Assembly (NCBI GenBank): GCA_951406725.2
Contig: OX597816.1
Location: 28,706,001-28,770,000 of the forward strand
Reading direction: 5' to 3'
DNA length: 64,000 nucleotides
From: Octopus vulgaris
Taxonomy: Eukaryota
Numbering within the stretch: the stretch's first letter is position 1; the number at the start of each line of letters is the position of its first letter. This document shows positions 26,996-40,027 of this stretch, piece after piece. The notes beneath the pieces were generated by a model, which saw nothing but the letters and a program-made list of their open reading frames with translations, made no database searches and had not been told where the DNA came from. Both the position numbers and the translations under genes were made by a program.

Positions 26996-27234
26996 TAACG
27001 ACTTTTCTTTCGAGGGAAAAGGAGTATTTTGAGCATGCTCTTATAGCTCAGTATTCATGTATGAAAGAGTCCACTCACTCTTAGTCGGCAGCACCTTTAA
27101 ATTTTTATGGCATTCTCTTTGATTCCTGATTTTTATTATGTAATGTTTTTCTCCTCTTAATCGACATTTGTAAACCCGTACCCTTTGTCAGCAATTGTGG
27201 TTCTCTTTATTAATAGCATTATTATTATATTCCA

Positions 27235-27365
27235 TCGATGTTGACTTTCCCTTCCATGTTTTTGGGGCCCTATGGCCCTGCATAAGTACCAATTGAATAT
27301 TTTGGACGATGTAATTGACAAGCTCTCTCCCTTAAAATTTCAGGTCTTGTGCCTATAGTAGAAAG
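27235..27365 (+). mobile_element. SINE family 2, 3' part, diverged
   Basis: tcgatgttgactttcccttccat...ataagtacca...ggtcttgtgcc. Confidence 0.55.
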
Positions 27366-29149
27366 AATATTATTATATTTATAATTGTTGATCTTGTTTT
27401 TCTTTTCTTTCTTTTCTTCTTGTCATAATAGGTTCATCAGCTCTTTACTGTCTCTTTTATGTGGCACATCGATTACATAAATTCAGAGTCGAAATATTTC
27501 TTTCCATGGCGACCTCCGAGAACTGCAATGCTTATAAATTCATCTGCTCTGTGTTACTGACCAGTAAGGTGACTGGGCTTGTTAGACGAATTTGGGATTT
27601 TCGAGTTAAAAGTCAGGTTTTTAATTCATATTGTCTGTCCAAGTTGAGCTTTAGAGTCAAAATTTAAGAATTGCAACAAATATAAAAGGTTGTTTGACAC
27701 GCATAATTTCTTGAGACAACATATGGTAAAATATAACTCGCCATCACTGACAGACCGCGTGTCAACTTATGCCTTGCTCTGTTTGAAAATGGATACCATG
27801 TAGAGTTTGTATTTACGAAAACATGTATTGAATCCCAGAATAACTTTTAAGTGTTTATTATTATTTGTGGAAAACTAGAAGTTAGATGGATTTTCTTTGT
27901 TTTTTTATCTGTCTCACCACAGATATACTTGAAATTGCAACTTCTCATTGTTTACCAACACACCGACATTGTCTACAAAGTGATATTTTGCAGAGCTATC
28001 TCCTTGGATATAGCACTGTCCAAAAATTGGTTTCATCATCCATCATTTTTATATGTTCCTAAGTGTAAATAATTCCACGCTATTTTGAGTAAATGCAGAA
28101 AAAATTTCCCTGGGGGGAATCATTGATATGAATAGGAATAAATAATAGAATGTTCTTTCATTTTATCTGGTAAATTCACTTTACCGTGGCGTAATTGATA
28201 TGAGTGAACCAAATAAATATCTTCCGGACAGGCAGTGTTAGCTATCTTTTAAACGCATGAGTTTGCAACGTTTTCTACACAGACTGGGAAATCGTCAAAC
28301 GATGATAGTACTGAGCACAGAAATTCATTACAAATCAATATTGATCGCAGTACATAATTGATCTCTGAATAAGATACAATTTAGGCATGCTTTTATGATG
28401 TTAACTTTTTTAGCGTTTCAACCCAACTGAAAAATCCTCTGGTGCATATCCTCCTTCAAACGACGGAGATTATTTCTAAAACTGCTTGAGGATATCAGGT
28501 ATGTTTTGATCACGTGCTTCCTCAAATGCGAAAGAATAGATTATTGATTGGATATTTGAAAGAAAACAAAAGCTACATTATTAGTCTTTTAACAAATGTA
28601 TTATCAATAACGAAAACCAAAACTAAAATAAAAATAAAACAAGTACTATGTTACAGTTTTAGTCAAACATGTTTTCTACTTAATTATTATTGTTAATTAT
28701 GGCGCAAAAGCAAATTATCAGTCCGGTGGATGATTTGTAAAGGACAATGTTCGCCAAATGCTATTCAAAATACTTGTTAGTAATTTTTGTACTTCAAAAT
28801 GTTATCAATTGTTTTTATTCTTGATGCAGATTCAAAGGGATTTTCCACTTCCCAAGTTACAGCTAACATTACTAAACAAACAAATATTATTCCAAATACT
28901 AATGTTTAAATCTACGCTTGAGTCCTACATAGTGAAAATCTCTCATTGAATATGGGATACAGAGACGACATATTTAAGAGTGTCATACTGAATTTAATGC
29001 AAATTGTACATAAATTTTGATATTAACAGCGGTCGATCTGCAAACTTAAATATTGGTCGAGATTTTGTCTATTGCATTAGTTTCTCAGGTTATTTATTGC
29101 TAACAAGTAATACCTTCAGAACTAAATTATGTACTATCTTAGAGATCTA

Positions 29150-30200
29150 GATGAAGGGAGTGTGCACGTTATCCGATATTTATACTAGGCGACTGGTTGT
29201 TTCAGAAGATAACATTATCGATAAGAACAATATGCATAGAAGGATGAAAAAAGTAAGGAAAGGAAAAGCTGTATTGATGAGAAACCTAGCAGTAGGAGGA
29301 TATCAACTTCAACCACTGAGAGTAATCACTAACCTCTGTTCAAATTGATGTGCGCTGACAAACGAGTCAAAATCCGTGAGTTTGCGGCACAGTTGGACTG
29401 CGGATGGCAGGCATTACAGGCGATAGCTGAAAACCTCCGGTATAAGAAAGTGTGTGTAAAATTAATGCTTTGGTAGTGGACATACCATCTGATTGCCAGA
29501 AACGGCGAAGTCTACTAGAAGCGTTTGAAGCTGATGAAGACAACTTTTTTTTCCGAATCTATTATTGGATGAACCACGACCGTGATCTTTTCATCTAGAA
29601 ATGAAGGCTTAGTCCATAGAAAGAGGTCACATACCCTCTCTACGGCCTAAGGAACATATAAGTAAATGATCAACGCAGAAAGTCAAAATGTCTTTTTTCT
29701 GGAGGAATGAAAACCTTCAGCTTTACTCTATGAATTGTTGTAGCAGGATCAGAGAACGGTACAAGGGGATTTTCAAAAGGCTTTTAACGGCCATGGCGAT
29801 GAAGAAACCGCAGAAGAATCTGGAAATGGTCCAAATAAGCAATCATACGCATCTTTCGGAAAATTGTGTAAATCACTGGGCAGACCACTGGTCTTCTATC
29901 AGCTGTACAGTTCGGATTTCGTTTCCTTAGCCCTACGCCTGTTGGTCCGACTAAAAGAAAGAAACCTAAAACATAGATGTTATGACAAGCATGACCTGAA
30001 AATGATCTTGAAAATGTCGGTATAACAGCGTCAGTCCGAAAATCTTCAAATTCCTTTTTACATCGGTGCAAATACATTGTTTGTGATAAAGACTAGTCAG
30101 AGGTAATTTTGCGTAAAGGAAGAGTTACACTTACGTTATGTTCAAATTAAACTACCTACGATAGTTAATAAAAAATTAAAGACAACTTTCGCATTAATTT
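29150..30200 (+). mobile_element. Heavily decayed mariner element
   Basis: Fragments REFAAQL...ENLRYKKVCVK, LLDEP, KVKMSFFW, LYSSDFVS, KYIVCDKD. Confidence 0.6.
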
Positions 30201-31311
30201 CAGTGTTTGTGATATGTCAAAATCACTTAGTGACTTACTTAGTAAGATAAATTAGATTTTGTGTCCTCACGCTATTGCTGTGAAGATTTAGGAAGCCTAC
30301 ATAATTTATCACCGTGCCACTTCCTTTTTCAATATTGTCTGAATACCCTAACGGATAAGATTTCAAATCAATAAAGTCTCATGGAAAAATAGCACTTTTT
30401 GTGACCAGGTCGATATCATATAACTATCTATTTTAATGTATATAGCCCACTTAATCGCACCAAAATCCTTCACAAAAACAAAATTCTCTATATTATTATA
30501 TAATCCATCGTATTAATCGGAATCAGAAATCGTCCCTTGCAATTTTGACTCTCGTTCTGCTATCAATATGCAGCAAATCCTCTTTGATTATTCTCGATCT
30601 TATTAATAAGAAATCAATGACACTTTTTGACAAGTAGAGCCAAGGACTATTTGAATATCATTTTGAGGTGATCACCCTGATTATTCATGTGAATAAGCAC
30701 TTGAATATATCTTGTCACAAATGAACCAATAGCGCATTGTCGTGTAGTTTCATTAAAACATACAGAGTCTCCATTTGCAGCAACCTTTTCTCACACAGTA
30801 TCGTATTTCAATATATTATATCAAGTGTAATATGTAAGATAAATCATAGAAAGGATAATGCAGCAAAACAAAAGAAAGCGATATGATCTACTTGTCATTT
30901 GATAGTTAATAATTGTCTTGTTCGAGTAGAGCATCCAATTCCAAAGTTGACGATTTACAATTAATGTTTCTGAAATGGTGTGTCATTAAAATTCCTTCTC
31001 CATTCAATCCTGGCGATTAACTTGATCAATAATTAATGCAACATGAGATTTACACTATTTATATATCACTGGACTATGCCTGATTTTATATCTGAGAGAG
31101 TCAAGAATCTATAATCCAAATGGAAAAAATTAACATCAGGAAAATCGAGCAACTATGATAATAGTATAAATATAAAAATATATGAAACACACAGACATAT
31201 ACACGTACATACATACACAAATACGCACGCGCGTACACACACAGGCACACCCACACACACACACATATATATGTATGTATATGTGTGTGTGCGTGTGTGT
31301 ATACATATGTA

Positions 31312-31560
31312 CAAATGTTGGACAAAATAATGGAAACACCTTAAAATTTCAAACAAATTTATATTAATTTGGGGTAGGACCGACTTTGGCAGTAATTACA
31401 GCTTGAATTCTACGAGATATGGATTTGTACAAAGTTAGAATTGTTTCCAAAGGATTATTTTGTCCGTTCTTCAGCTAAAACAGTCTCCAGTTCTTGTAGT
31501 GATGATGGTGGAGGATATCGACTCCTTATATGTTTTTCGAAAATGCACCATAAATATTTA
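31312..31560 (-). mobile_element. Tc1-like element right end (TIR plus transposase C-terminus)
   Basis: TA|caaatgttggacaaaataatggaaacacc TIR; minus strand RRIQAVITAKVGPTPN*. Confidence 0.8.
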
Positions 31561-32044
31561 GGATTAAGAAGCCAAGATAAACAAGCTTATTTTCTGGAGA
31601 TGAGGACAGTAGACTACATGCGTTCCTGTTATATTAGATGTCATTACCAAATCAATACGAGATATGTTGAAAATGTGCATAATTTCAAAGATGATTAAGT
31701 AAGAGAGAATATGTGAGGGAGCCAGTGACGATAGGATAGAGAAGTATATGTAGGAAATTATTATTCACATTCAAAGAATAGACCTTATTTAATTACTAAA
31801 GTGGGATTTGTTTTGAGAGGAGTTAAACAAATACCCAGCAGCAACGATGAGGCCGATTTCGAATGACATGTGGAAACAATCTCAAGGAATCAACAACTCT
31901 CTAATATTAAAAGGCCAATACGCGCCATGAATTATTTTTCCTTTCTTAAGTAAAGATTCATTCACGCAGTTTTGTGTCTCAACAGTGATCGTTAACGCCG
32001 CTCTTGTCCTATCTTACTACAGCCGCTCACACATTGCGAGTGAG

Positions 32045-32102
<58 letters not shown>

Positions 32103-32103
<1 letters not shown>

Positions 32104-32324
32104 TGTTGTGTCTAAGGAGAGTCATTCTCTTTTAGTGCCTTATTACTTAACACACTCACCGGTAAAAATTATACTTATTTCTTATCTTTATTTTCTAAAA
32201 TTTTCGTTGCGTCTTGCAACCTTTTCAATATTCTTGACTGTTGAAAATTTAAGTGGAAATTTTACCGGTGAGTGTGTTCAATAATAAGGCACTAAAAGAG
32301 AATGACTCTCCCCAGACACAACAG
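32103..32324. repeat. Long inverted repeat (about 75-bp arms) beside (TA)n with an HHR-like motif in the loop
   Basis: ctgttgtgtct...ccggtaaaa / ttttaccgg...agacacaacag; minus-strand 32196-32231 reads ta TTGAAAA g gttgc-aagac-gcaac GAAAATTT ta. Confidence 0.85.
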
Positions 32325-32382
32325 AATATGCTTCACACACGAACTCATATAAAGAATCTTGCAAACCAAATCCCAAAACGAA

Positions 32383-32414
<32 letters not shown>

Positions 32415-33328
32415 CTGTGTGTGTTTGTGTGTGTACATGTGTGTGTGTGCGCGCGCACGGTCTATTTTAACTAAGCAATGATAACGAATTCAAGGTATGA
32501 AATAATATATGTGACGTAATTATACCACAAAACAAATTTCGAATATACCCATAAAAACTGTACCGCAGCATAATATCATTTGAGTATTATACTAAGCATG
32601 CAAGGTTCGACTTGTAAAGAAAGTCAACACGACAAGGAAAGGAATTCAGAATGTGGTGGATAGTTTTCAAAACATCGACTTCAATACGTCATAGGTATAT
32701 ATTAACTATTCGAATCTCAACGGTTAATTTCACCAATTCTGTATAAGTGATACTAATCATTAGATATTGTGAAACGTTGAACACAACCCTCTATATCTGT
32801 CTACTTTATACACATGAAACAGATAATCTTCCAATTTAGTGGTAGAATATGCTAATTTAAGAATGGCGGCAAATGAGAAGAAAATCTGATTACGTAAACT
32901 GATAGGTAACTGTGTGGAGTGTTGGTCGAATTGGGCCCCAATAATATTCCAAAGATATTACTGCCATTGCTATTCGCGCTATTCATTCTAACCTTATTGC
33001 CAGGTTATAATATCTGTATATATATATATATTTAAAAAAGGAGATGTGGAACACGAGTTGTGATATATAAAAAAAGGAAATGAAGAAAATGCTGACAAAA
33101 TAATTTTTTTCTCTTAAGAGAAAAAAAATCTATCAGAAAGGAACTCTATCTCTCTTAAAAAATATCTTTTGATAAGCATAACACATGCGCAACCGGTAAA
33201 AAGAACTTTCACCTAATTAAATACACTCTCCCTTACTTAAATTATTTTGTTAGCATTTTCTTCATTTCCTTTTTATATATATATATATATATATACATAT
33301 ACATGTATATATATAAACATATATATAT

Positions 33329-34869
33329 TACTCTTTTACTCTTTTACTTGTTTCAGTCATTTGACTGCGGCCATGCTGGAGCACCGGATCTTTTCTATTC
33401 TGAAGCCAGTTTTTTCAAATTTTTCCTACTGAACCAAACAATTTGAAACTTCGTATACTGGTAGAATGTGTCAAAAGTAAACTTAATTGTAAACCAGAAT
33501 GAAAACGGAATTGTAACTTCTAAGTTTAACGTTGTTTAATAATTAGAATTTTAACCAATGATATTCCGTCATTCGGCTTTATTTTATTTACTCCGTCTCG
33601 ACCACCAATTTCGTGACGTATTAAACATCTTAAATGTAAACAAGCGTGTGTGAAGAGACAGAGAGAGTAATGTGTGAAAGAGAGAGATGACTGAAATTTT
33701 TTACTCGGTGTATGTGTATATGTATGTCTGCATGTATGTGTGTGTGTATGTGTGTAAGTATGTGTGTGTGTGTATGTATATGTGTGTGTGTATGTATGTA
33801 TGGCCGATTCATCGTAATTACGATGAATCGGCCATACATACATAGATACATACACACACACATACATGCAGACATACATATACACATACACCGAGTAAAA
33901 AATTTCAGTTGTCTCTCTCTTTCACACATTACTCTCTCTGTCTCTTCACACACACTAACAGAAGCACTTCACTTACACAACATACTGTCTCCCACACCCC
34001 ATCAAACACACACACACACACACATGTACATCAATGCTTCCCCTAGACGGTAACTTCAAAGACAAACTTCCCTCGTCATAAAATCGCTTCCTCTTAGTCT
34101 CTTTCGCTCTCATTACTTATGTAAAAAAATAAAAGTTTTTTACGAAAATCGACGGAAAACTTGTGCTACGACAAGAGAAACTTCGCCGAAATTTAATATT
34201 AAAAAAAGCAAAGAGCTGGCAGAAACGTTAGCACGCCGGGCGAAATGCGTAGCTGTATTTCGTCTGCCGTGTTTGTTTACAGTTTTCCGAACGTTAGTAC
34301 GTCACAAAAGCGCTTTCTACGTCACACTAATAGAATGCAGTCAAGTTTTACACAAACAAACAATCTGATTGGTTAAAATTCGCAGTTTTAATCTACGATT
34401 AAAGTCATAAAATAGATTTTTCTCAAATAAACTAGTTCCAACCAGTGTCTTGTTTTGCTAGACTCTATCAGCATACGAAGTTTCAGATTATTTAGTTAAG
34501 TAGAAAGATCTGTGGTCCTGGCTTCAGAATTGAAAAGATCCGGAGCACCACCTTTAGTCGAGCAAATCGACCCCGGGACTTATTCTTTGTAAGCCCAGTA
34601 CTTATTTTATCGGTCGCTTTTGACGGGGACGTAAACACACCAGCATCGGTTGTCAAGCAATGCTAGGGGGGACAAACACAGACACACAAACATATACACA
34701 CATAAATATATATATATATATTTACATATATACGACAGGCGTCTTTCAGTTTCTGTCGGCCCGGGGCTATAGCTGAAGACACTTGCCCAAGATGCCACGG
34801 AGTGGGACTGAACCCGGAACCATGTGGTTTGGTTAGCAAGCTACTTACCACACAGCCACTCCTGCGCCT
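33329..34869 (-). mobile_element. SINE family 1 split by a DNA-transposon insertion (33329-33385 and 34542-34869)
   Basis: SINE sequence is continuous across the insertion at ...ccatgctggagcacc|; the right part has internal deletions. Confidence 0.88.
33386..34541. mobile_element. Non-autonomous TIR transposon, Merlin-like (GG termini, 8-bp TSD)
   Basis: TIRs GGATCTTTTCtATTCTGAAGCCAG / CTGGCTTCAGAATtGAAAAGATCC; TSD ggagcacc at 33378-33385 and 34542-34549; internal palindrome; SINE2 head fragment at about 34212-34270. Confidence 0.8.
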
Positions 34870-34898
34870 ATAATATTTATTATTATTAAATAATAATA

Positions 34899-35145
34899 AA
34901 TGTGCCTGTTAAAGCCTAGCCAGGCTCATGGGCCTGGTTTCCCGGTTTCTACGGCGTATGTGTTCCCCAGCTGGACAGGACGCCAGTCCATCGCAGCATT
35001 ACTCATTTTTGCCAGCTGAGTGGACTGGAGCAACGTGAAATGAAGTGTTTTGCTCAAAAATATAACGCGTCGCCCGGTCCAGGAATTGAAACCACAATCT
35101 TACGATCATGGTGCTGACACCCTAACCACTAAGCCACACGCCTCC
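34899..35145 (-). mobile_element. SINE family 3 (tRNA head, CORE-like and V-like domain)
   Basis: Minus strand ggaggcgtgtggcttagtggttaggg...gtttcaattcc; ttgagcaaaacactt; ctgcgatggactggcgtcctgtccag. Confidence 0.8.
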
Positions 35146-35149
35146 ATAT

Positions 35150-36530
35150 ATATATGAAAAATCAACTCAGGATAGAAAACGCTAAAATAATTTTACAAAG
35201 AACATTTCAGTACCGGTTTCAGTCATTGAGACCTTTGCAACTGTAACAATTAAATAATTAAATTTAGAAAAATTAAAAGAAAAGTTTTTAAAAGAAAATT
35301 TGTAAAGTGTTCAAATATAAGTGGCATTTTCTTTGTTTCTGCCTTTCTCTGTCTCTCTTGTTCGAGGTAAGTTCGAGATCGTTGTGAATTCTTGGTAGAA
35401 GAAGAAGAAGAAGAAGAAGAAGAAGAAGAAGAAGAAGAAGAAGAAAAAGAAGAAGGAGGAGGAGGAGAAGGGGGGGATGAAGACGAAGAATTTAGGAGTG
35501 CCTTGATTGTAGTATTTTGAATGTTCAGTGGAGGCTAGCAGTTGCTGTTCAATTCATGAAAATATTTCTATTGAAAGTTTTGTTTATAGAATTTGCGTAG
35601 GTGTTATACTAAAAAGTATTAGTGATAAAGTTATGAAGGAGAAGGAAGAAGAAGAAGAAGAAGAAGAAGTAGAAGAAGATGAGGAGGATGATGATGATAA
35701 TGATGATGATGACGACGACGACGAGGATAATGATGATGATGATGAAGAAGAAGAAGAAGAAGAAGAAGAAGAAGAAGAAGAAGAAGAAGAAGAAGAAGAA
35801 GAAGAAGAAGAAAGAGAAGGGAGAATATGAATGAGTGAAAGTAGTGAGGTGCTGGTTGACTTAAAGTTGGCACGCTAGGGATTATAGCAGTGATTGGGGC
35901 TGTGTTTGTTTTATTCTAAGGCCGAGGTAGATATATCGTTTGTCGTAGACGCGTTCAGAAGGGGCCTGTATTTTGTAATAAAGAGAGATTCTTTACTAAT
36001 TCGTTGGCTCCAGATTGTATCGTCCCTGAATTGGTAGGGGGGAAAAGTCCTGAAGCTTGGAGTTTTGTTGTTGGCGCAAATATCTATGTTTTGACTGAAT
36101 ACTATTTTTCTGTTTTGGGGAATATATATATATATATATATATATAGGCAAATTTGTTGTTGAAAATGCAACTAAATTTGAAAAACTTGTAATTGTTTAA
36201 AATAAATTTATTTACATGTATACCAAATTAGTTTCAACAATATTTTTTGCTTATCAATGGTAAATATTTAGAATTATGAATTAGAAACAAACACGATTCA
36301 ATGTTAACAAGTTTAAATGTTCATGACAGTCAATAATATAAAAACTTTGCATTAACTTGTTTTTTAAGGCTGGTTGATTCTCTTAAAGGGTCAATTTGTT
36401 GTATTTGCTGAAGTTCGGTTGTGATCGGAGGTAAAATTTCATTGGTCTAGAGATAGGGGACGTCGGCAACTGTTGTTTATATGGTGTCGTAGTATGTTGA
36501 TTCGGAGTTTCGGTTTCGAAAACTGGGTGG
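35150..36530 (-). mobile_element. PLE 3' fragment (GIY-YIG C-terminus plus pseudo-LTR), interrupted by (GAA)n/(GAT)n expansions
   Basis: ORF 35911-36171 PQNRKIVFSQNIDICA...ISKESLFITKYRPLLN resembles ORF 10864-11106; HHR-like motif downstream at 35208-35243. Confidence 0.7.
35208..35243 (-). ncRNA. Minimal hammerhead-like motif, U3-A8 variant
   Basis: Minus strand: cag TTGCAAA ggtc-tcaat-gact GAAAC CG GTA ctg. Confidence 0.5.
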
Positions 36531-37478
36531 AGGATTGTTAGTAAAGTTTTTATAATTATGCGTGTGTGTGAACATCATTTATCTTTGTTTGCTTTTGTTA
36601 ACATAATTTATTCAAATAATTTTGCTTCATAAGTGACAGAAACTGTGTTTATGTTAATCTATATTGAAATTGCAACATGTTATTTACAAGTGCAATTCAT
36701 GTCATTCCACATATTTATATGCATTTTTAAAGCTAGAATTATTGAGTTAGCGTCATTAAGTCTTTAAGATGCTTTTCAAATATATTTTTGGCGTCTCTAT
36801 CTCTACAATTGTATACGCTACAGTTAGTTACACTATAGTTCATTTACAATAAGATCCTTGACTTTCACAAGATTGTCGCATACCACTTTGTCGTACGTTA
36901 AACAAAATATTGAATACAATTGTAAGTGATATTGATTGATCCCCAGAGCCTATTTCGCTATATTTTTTTCTATAAATGTTTACGGTCAGTAAATGAAATC
37001 AAGACTGATAATTTTACAAGCATTTGTTTAGAGAAAGCCTTGTCAATTAATGCCACATTTCACAAACAGAAAGAGCATTATGCCCGTGGATACGGTAACA
37101 TAATGTAACAGAGCGTGAATTGAGAATGTGAATTGTCACCACTATCAGTTAGCATGCCTGGAGAAATAAAGAAAGAAAAACAATGAAATATTTGGAATAC
37201 TTATCACAAACGTTAACGGCATAAGTATAACTTGTTTATATTCAATATCATCCTTTTTAAAAAGAAAGTTACCTTTCAATATCGTCGTTATTTATAAGCT
37301 AAGAAACTTTTTTCCACTGTGAGATTAATAACGTATTTCGATATATGTGTGAGTGCTAATTTATTTAATTCAGAGAGCTGGGGCTTTTCGATTAATTAAA
37401 ATTATATTTTTAATGATGGAAGGGAAAACATTGGTTAAATGAAGAAATTAACCGTCTTACAATCTACTGTAAAATCTG

Positions 37479-37528
<50 letters not shown>

Positions 37529-37777
37529 AAACGTTTTCATCAGTGTATTATTTTGGCGATTTAATAAGAGTTTTGACTGTTATTTCTATAGCGGATGGGC
37601 ATACTTATTATGTCCTTTGATTAATTTTAAGCCCTCGGCTATTTGATGGTAGTTTTTGGCCTGCTATCGCCTGTGTCATTGATTCTGTTATTATCATTTT
37701 TAAAATAAATAGTTACATTGGATAATAATAGAATTAATGACACATTCTTAAATTGAATTTATATATATATATATATA

Positions 37778-38060
37778 TAAAGTTAATCCAACAAGAAAAC
37801 ACAGTAAAAAAGAAAAAAAGAGAAAAAAACACAGCAACGCAGGACGTGGAACAATTAAAGTATTATTGACGCTCAGGAAAGAAGGGAAGGAGGGTTTAAC
37901 GTTTCGAGTGGAGCTCTTCGTCGGAAACAAGGAGAAGGAAAGATCCCAAGGAGGGAAGACAGAGGAGACAATATTTGAGCTGGTGGTGCTTAAGAGATCA
38001 CATGTTGAAAAGAACAGAATTTGGAGGTAGTTGAAAAATGGTTTTATAATGCAAGAGAGT
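37778..38060 (-). mobile_element. PLE pseudo-LTR fragment (family B) with HHR at 37894-37928
   Basis: Similar to 39675-39892; gttt CCGACGA a gagc-tcc-actc GAAAC GTT aaac. Confidence 0.65.
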
Positions 38061-38492
38061 TCCAAAAAAAGGGAATGCCTCTCTGTGTGTGTGTGTGCAA
38101 GATGACAAGTGTGTTTGTGCGTGCGTGTGTGTGTGTGTGTGTGTATTTTTGGTGAATAGAGTTAATGACAAAGCAGCTGTGGTGATGACTGCTAGCTGTT
38201 TGTGTCAAGCTAGGTCAAAGCCAGGTCAAAAAACATCATAGTGTGTTGTTTGTAGTGTGTGTGTGTGCATGTGTGTGTTCGTGTGTGTATGCGTAGAGTG
38301 TGGGTGTGTGGCGTAACCTAGTACGTGTGTGCTTGTACGTGCGTGTGTGTGTGTAGGAGGATGTATATGTGGGTTCATTTGTGTGAGAGTGTATGTATGT
38401 GCGTGTATGTGTGCGTTTGTATATGTTTGTGTGTATGTGTGCGTGCGCGGATAGGTGTATATTGTGTATGTATATCTGTCGGTGTGTATGTG

Positions 38493-38538
<46 letters not shown>

Positions 38539-39674
38539 GTATTTATGTATGTATGCATGTATTTATACATATACAGAAGAAAGCCGACTGTAAGAATTAT
38601 TTTAAACATTTTTAATAAATATATTGCTAGCTGACAAAATAAGTTGGATGAAAATTATCAAGACAGGAGAATTATCTTAAATATTGAACGAAACATTGCT
38701 TCAGTAATGATTAAATACAAACGTTTTTCGGATTTTGTGTTACATTCCCCGGATGCATCAAAATATTTTTCAAATCTACAAAAGTTATACGATCGATTGA
38801 CTGTGATTATCACAATAATCTCCCTATATATGAAGTTCGTTTTCTCTGTCTGTCTGTTTCCTATGCATTCTCAAACGGCTCGAAAATTTTACAAGGTAAT
38901 AGAATCAGACCCCGCGAGTTTCAACATGTAATTTCTGTTTTCATTTGGATTGAAAGGATACAATATTTTATCTAAAATGACCTTTCTATAGTCAACTATA
39001 ATAAAGGACATTTTATACAACCACCACGACGTGACATTTTGTAGATGTGTGTGTATGTGTCCGTGAGTGTGTGTGTGTTTACGCTTTCGTTATGTACGAT
39101 AGACCCCAGAGAATTACACACACACATCTGCACACATATATATACATGTGTATATGATTGTATATGTGTATGTCTGTGAGTGTGTGTGCATGTTTGCGCG
39201 TTCGTTACATACGTTAGTCCTCAGACAGTTAAACGGACACACATACACACAATGCTACACGTACGTATACATATGTGATTACTGACGTGTATGTATGTGA
39301 CTGTTTATGAGAATTCATGTATGTGGGAGTATACATACATTTTTGTGATGACTGAAACAAACACACATATCTAAAGAGAGGGAGAGAGAGAGAGAGATAG
39401 AAAGAGAGAGAGACAGTAATAGCGATAGGCCATTAAACAAAGAGATACAATTAAACTGTTTGAGATCCACATAGAGAGAGGGAGAGAGAGTAGTAGAGAG
39501 AGAATGAATGAGAGAGAGAGAGTGATGTCCCACAAAAATTTAAATCGGCTCACACACATCTGCACATATATACATATGTGATGACTGACAAGTATATAAT
39601 AAATATTGTTTATCCTGAGGTGTGCGTGAATGTATGTCTGTCTTTCTGTCTTTCTTAGCATATATATATATATA

Positions 39675-39892
39675 AAGTTAATCCAAACATAAAAACACCA
39701 AGAGAAAACACAACAACGCGAGGACGTGGTACAAATATAGTATTATTGGACGCTCAGGAAGGAAGGGAAGAAGGAGGGTTTTACGTTTCGAGCGGAGCTC
39801 TTCGTCAGAAACATAGAAAAAGGAAAGATCCAGAGAAGAGTAGACGGAGGAAAAAAAATCGCCAACGATACACACGCGGTCACATTTTGAAT
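39675..39892 (-). mobile_element. PLE pseudo-LTR fragment (family B) nested in the Helitron at a (TA)n tract
   Basis: Similar to 37778-38060; flanked by (TA)n. Confidence 0.7.
39778..39812 (-). ncRNA. Minimal type-I hammerhead ribozyme, canonical core
   Basis: Minus strand: gttt CTGACGA a gagc-tcc-gctc GAAAC GTA aaac; all core residues present, palindromic ACGT stem III. Confidence 0.8.
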
Positions 39893-39894
39893 CA

Positions 39895-40027
<133 letters not shown>

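Noticed and set aside
27431-27568. Candidate exon (polypyrimidine tract plus AG, possible GT donor)
   Set aside because: Only one open frame with no recognisable homology; splice-like signals are common by chance in such DNA.
35528-35830. Acidic poly-E/D ORF
   Set aside because: Translation of (GAA)n/(GAT)n microsatellites inside a PLE remnant; no unique coding context.
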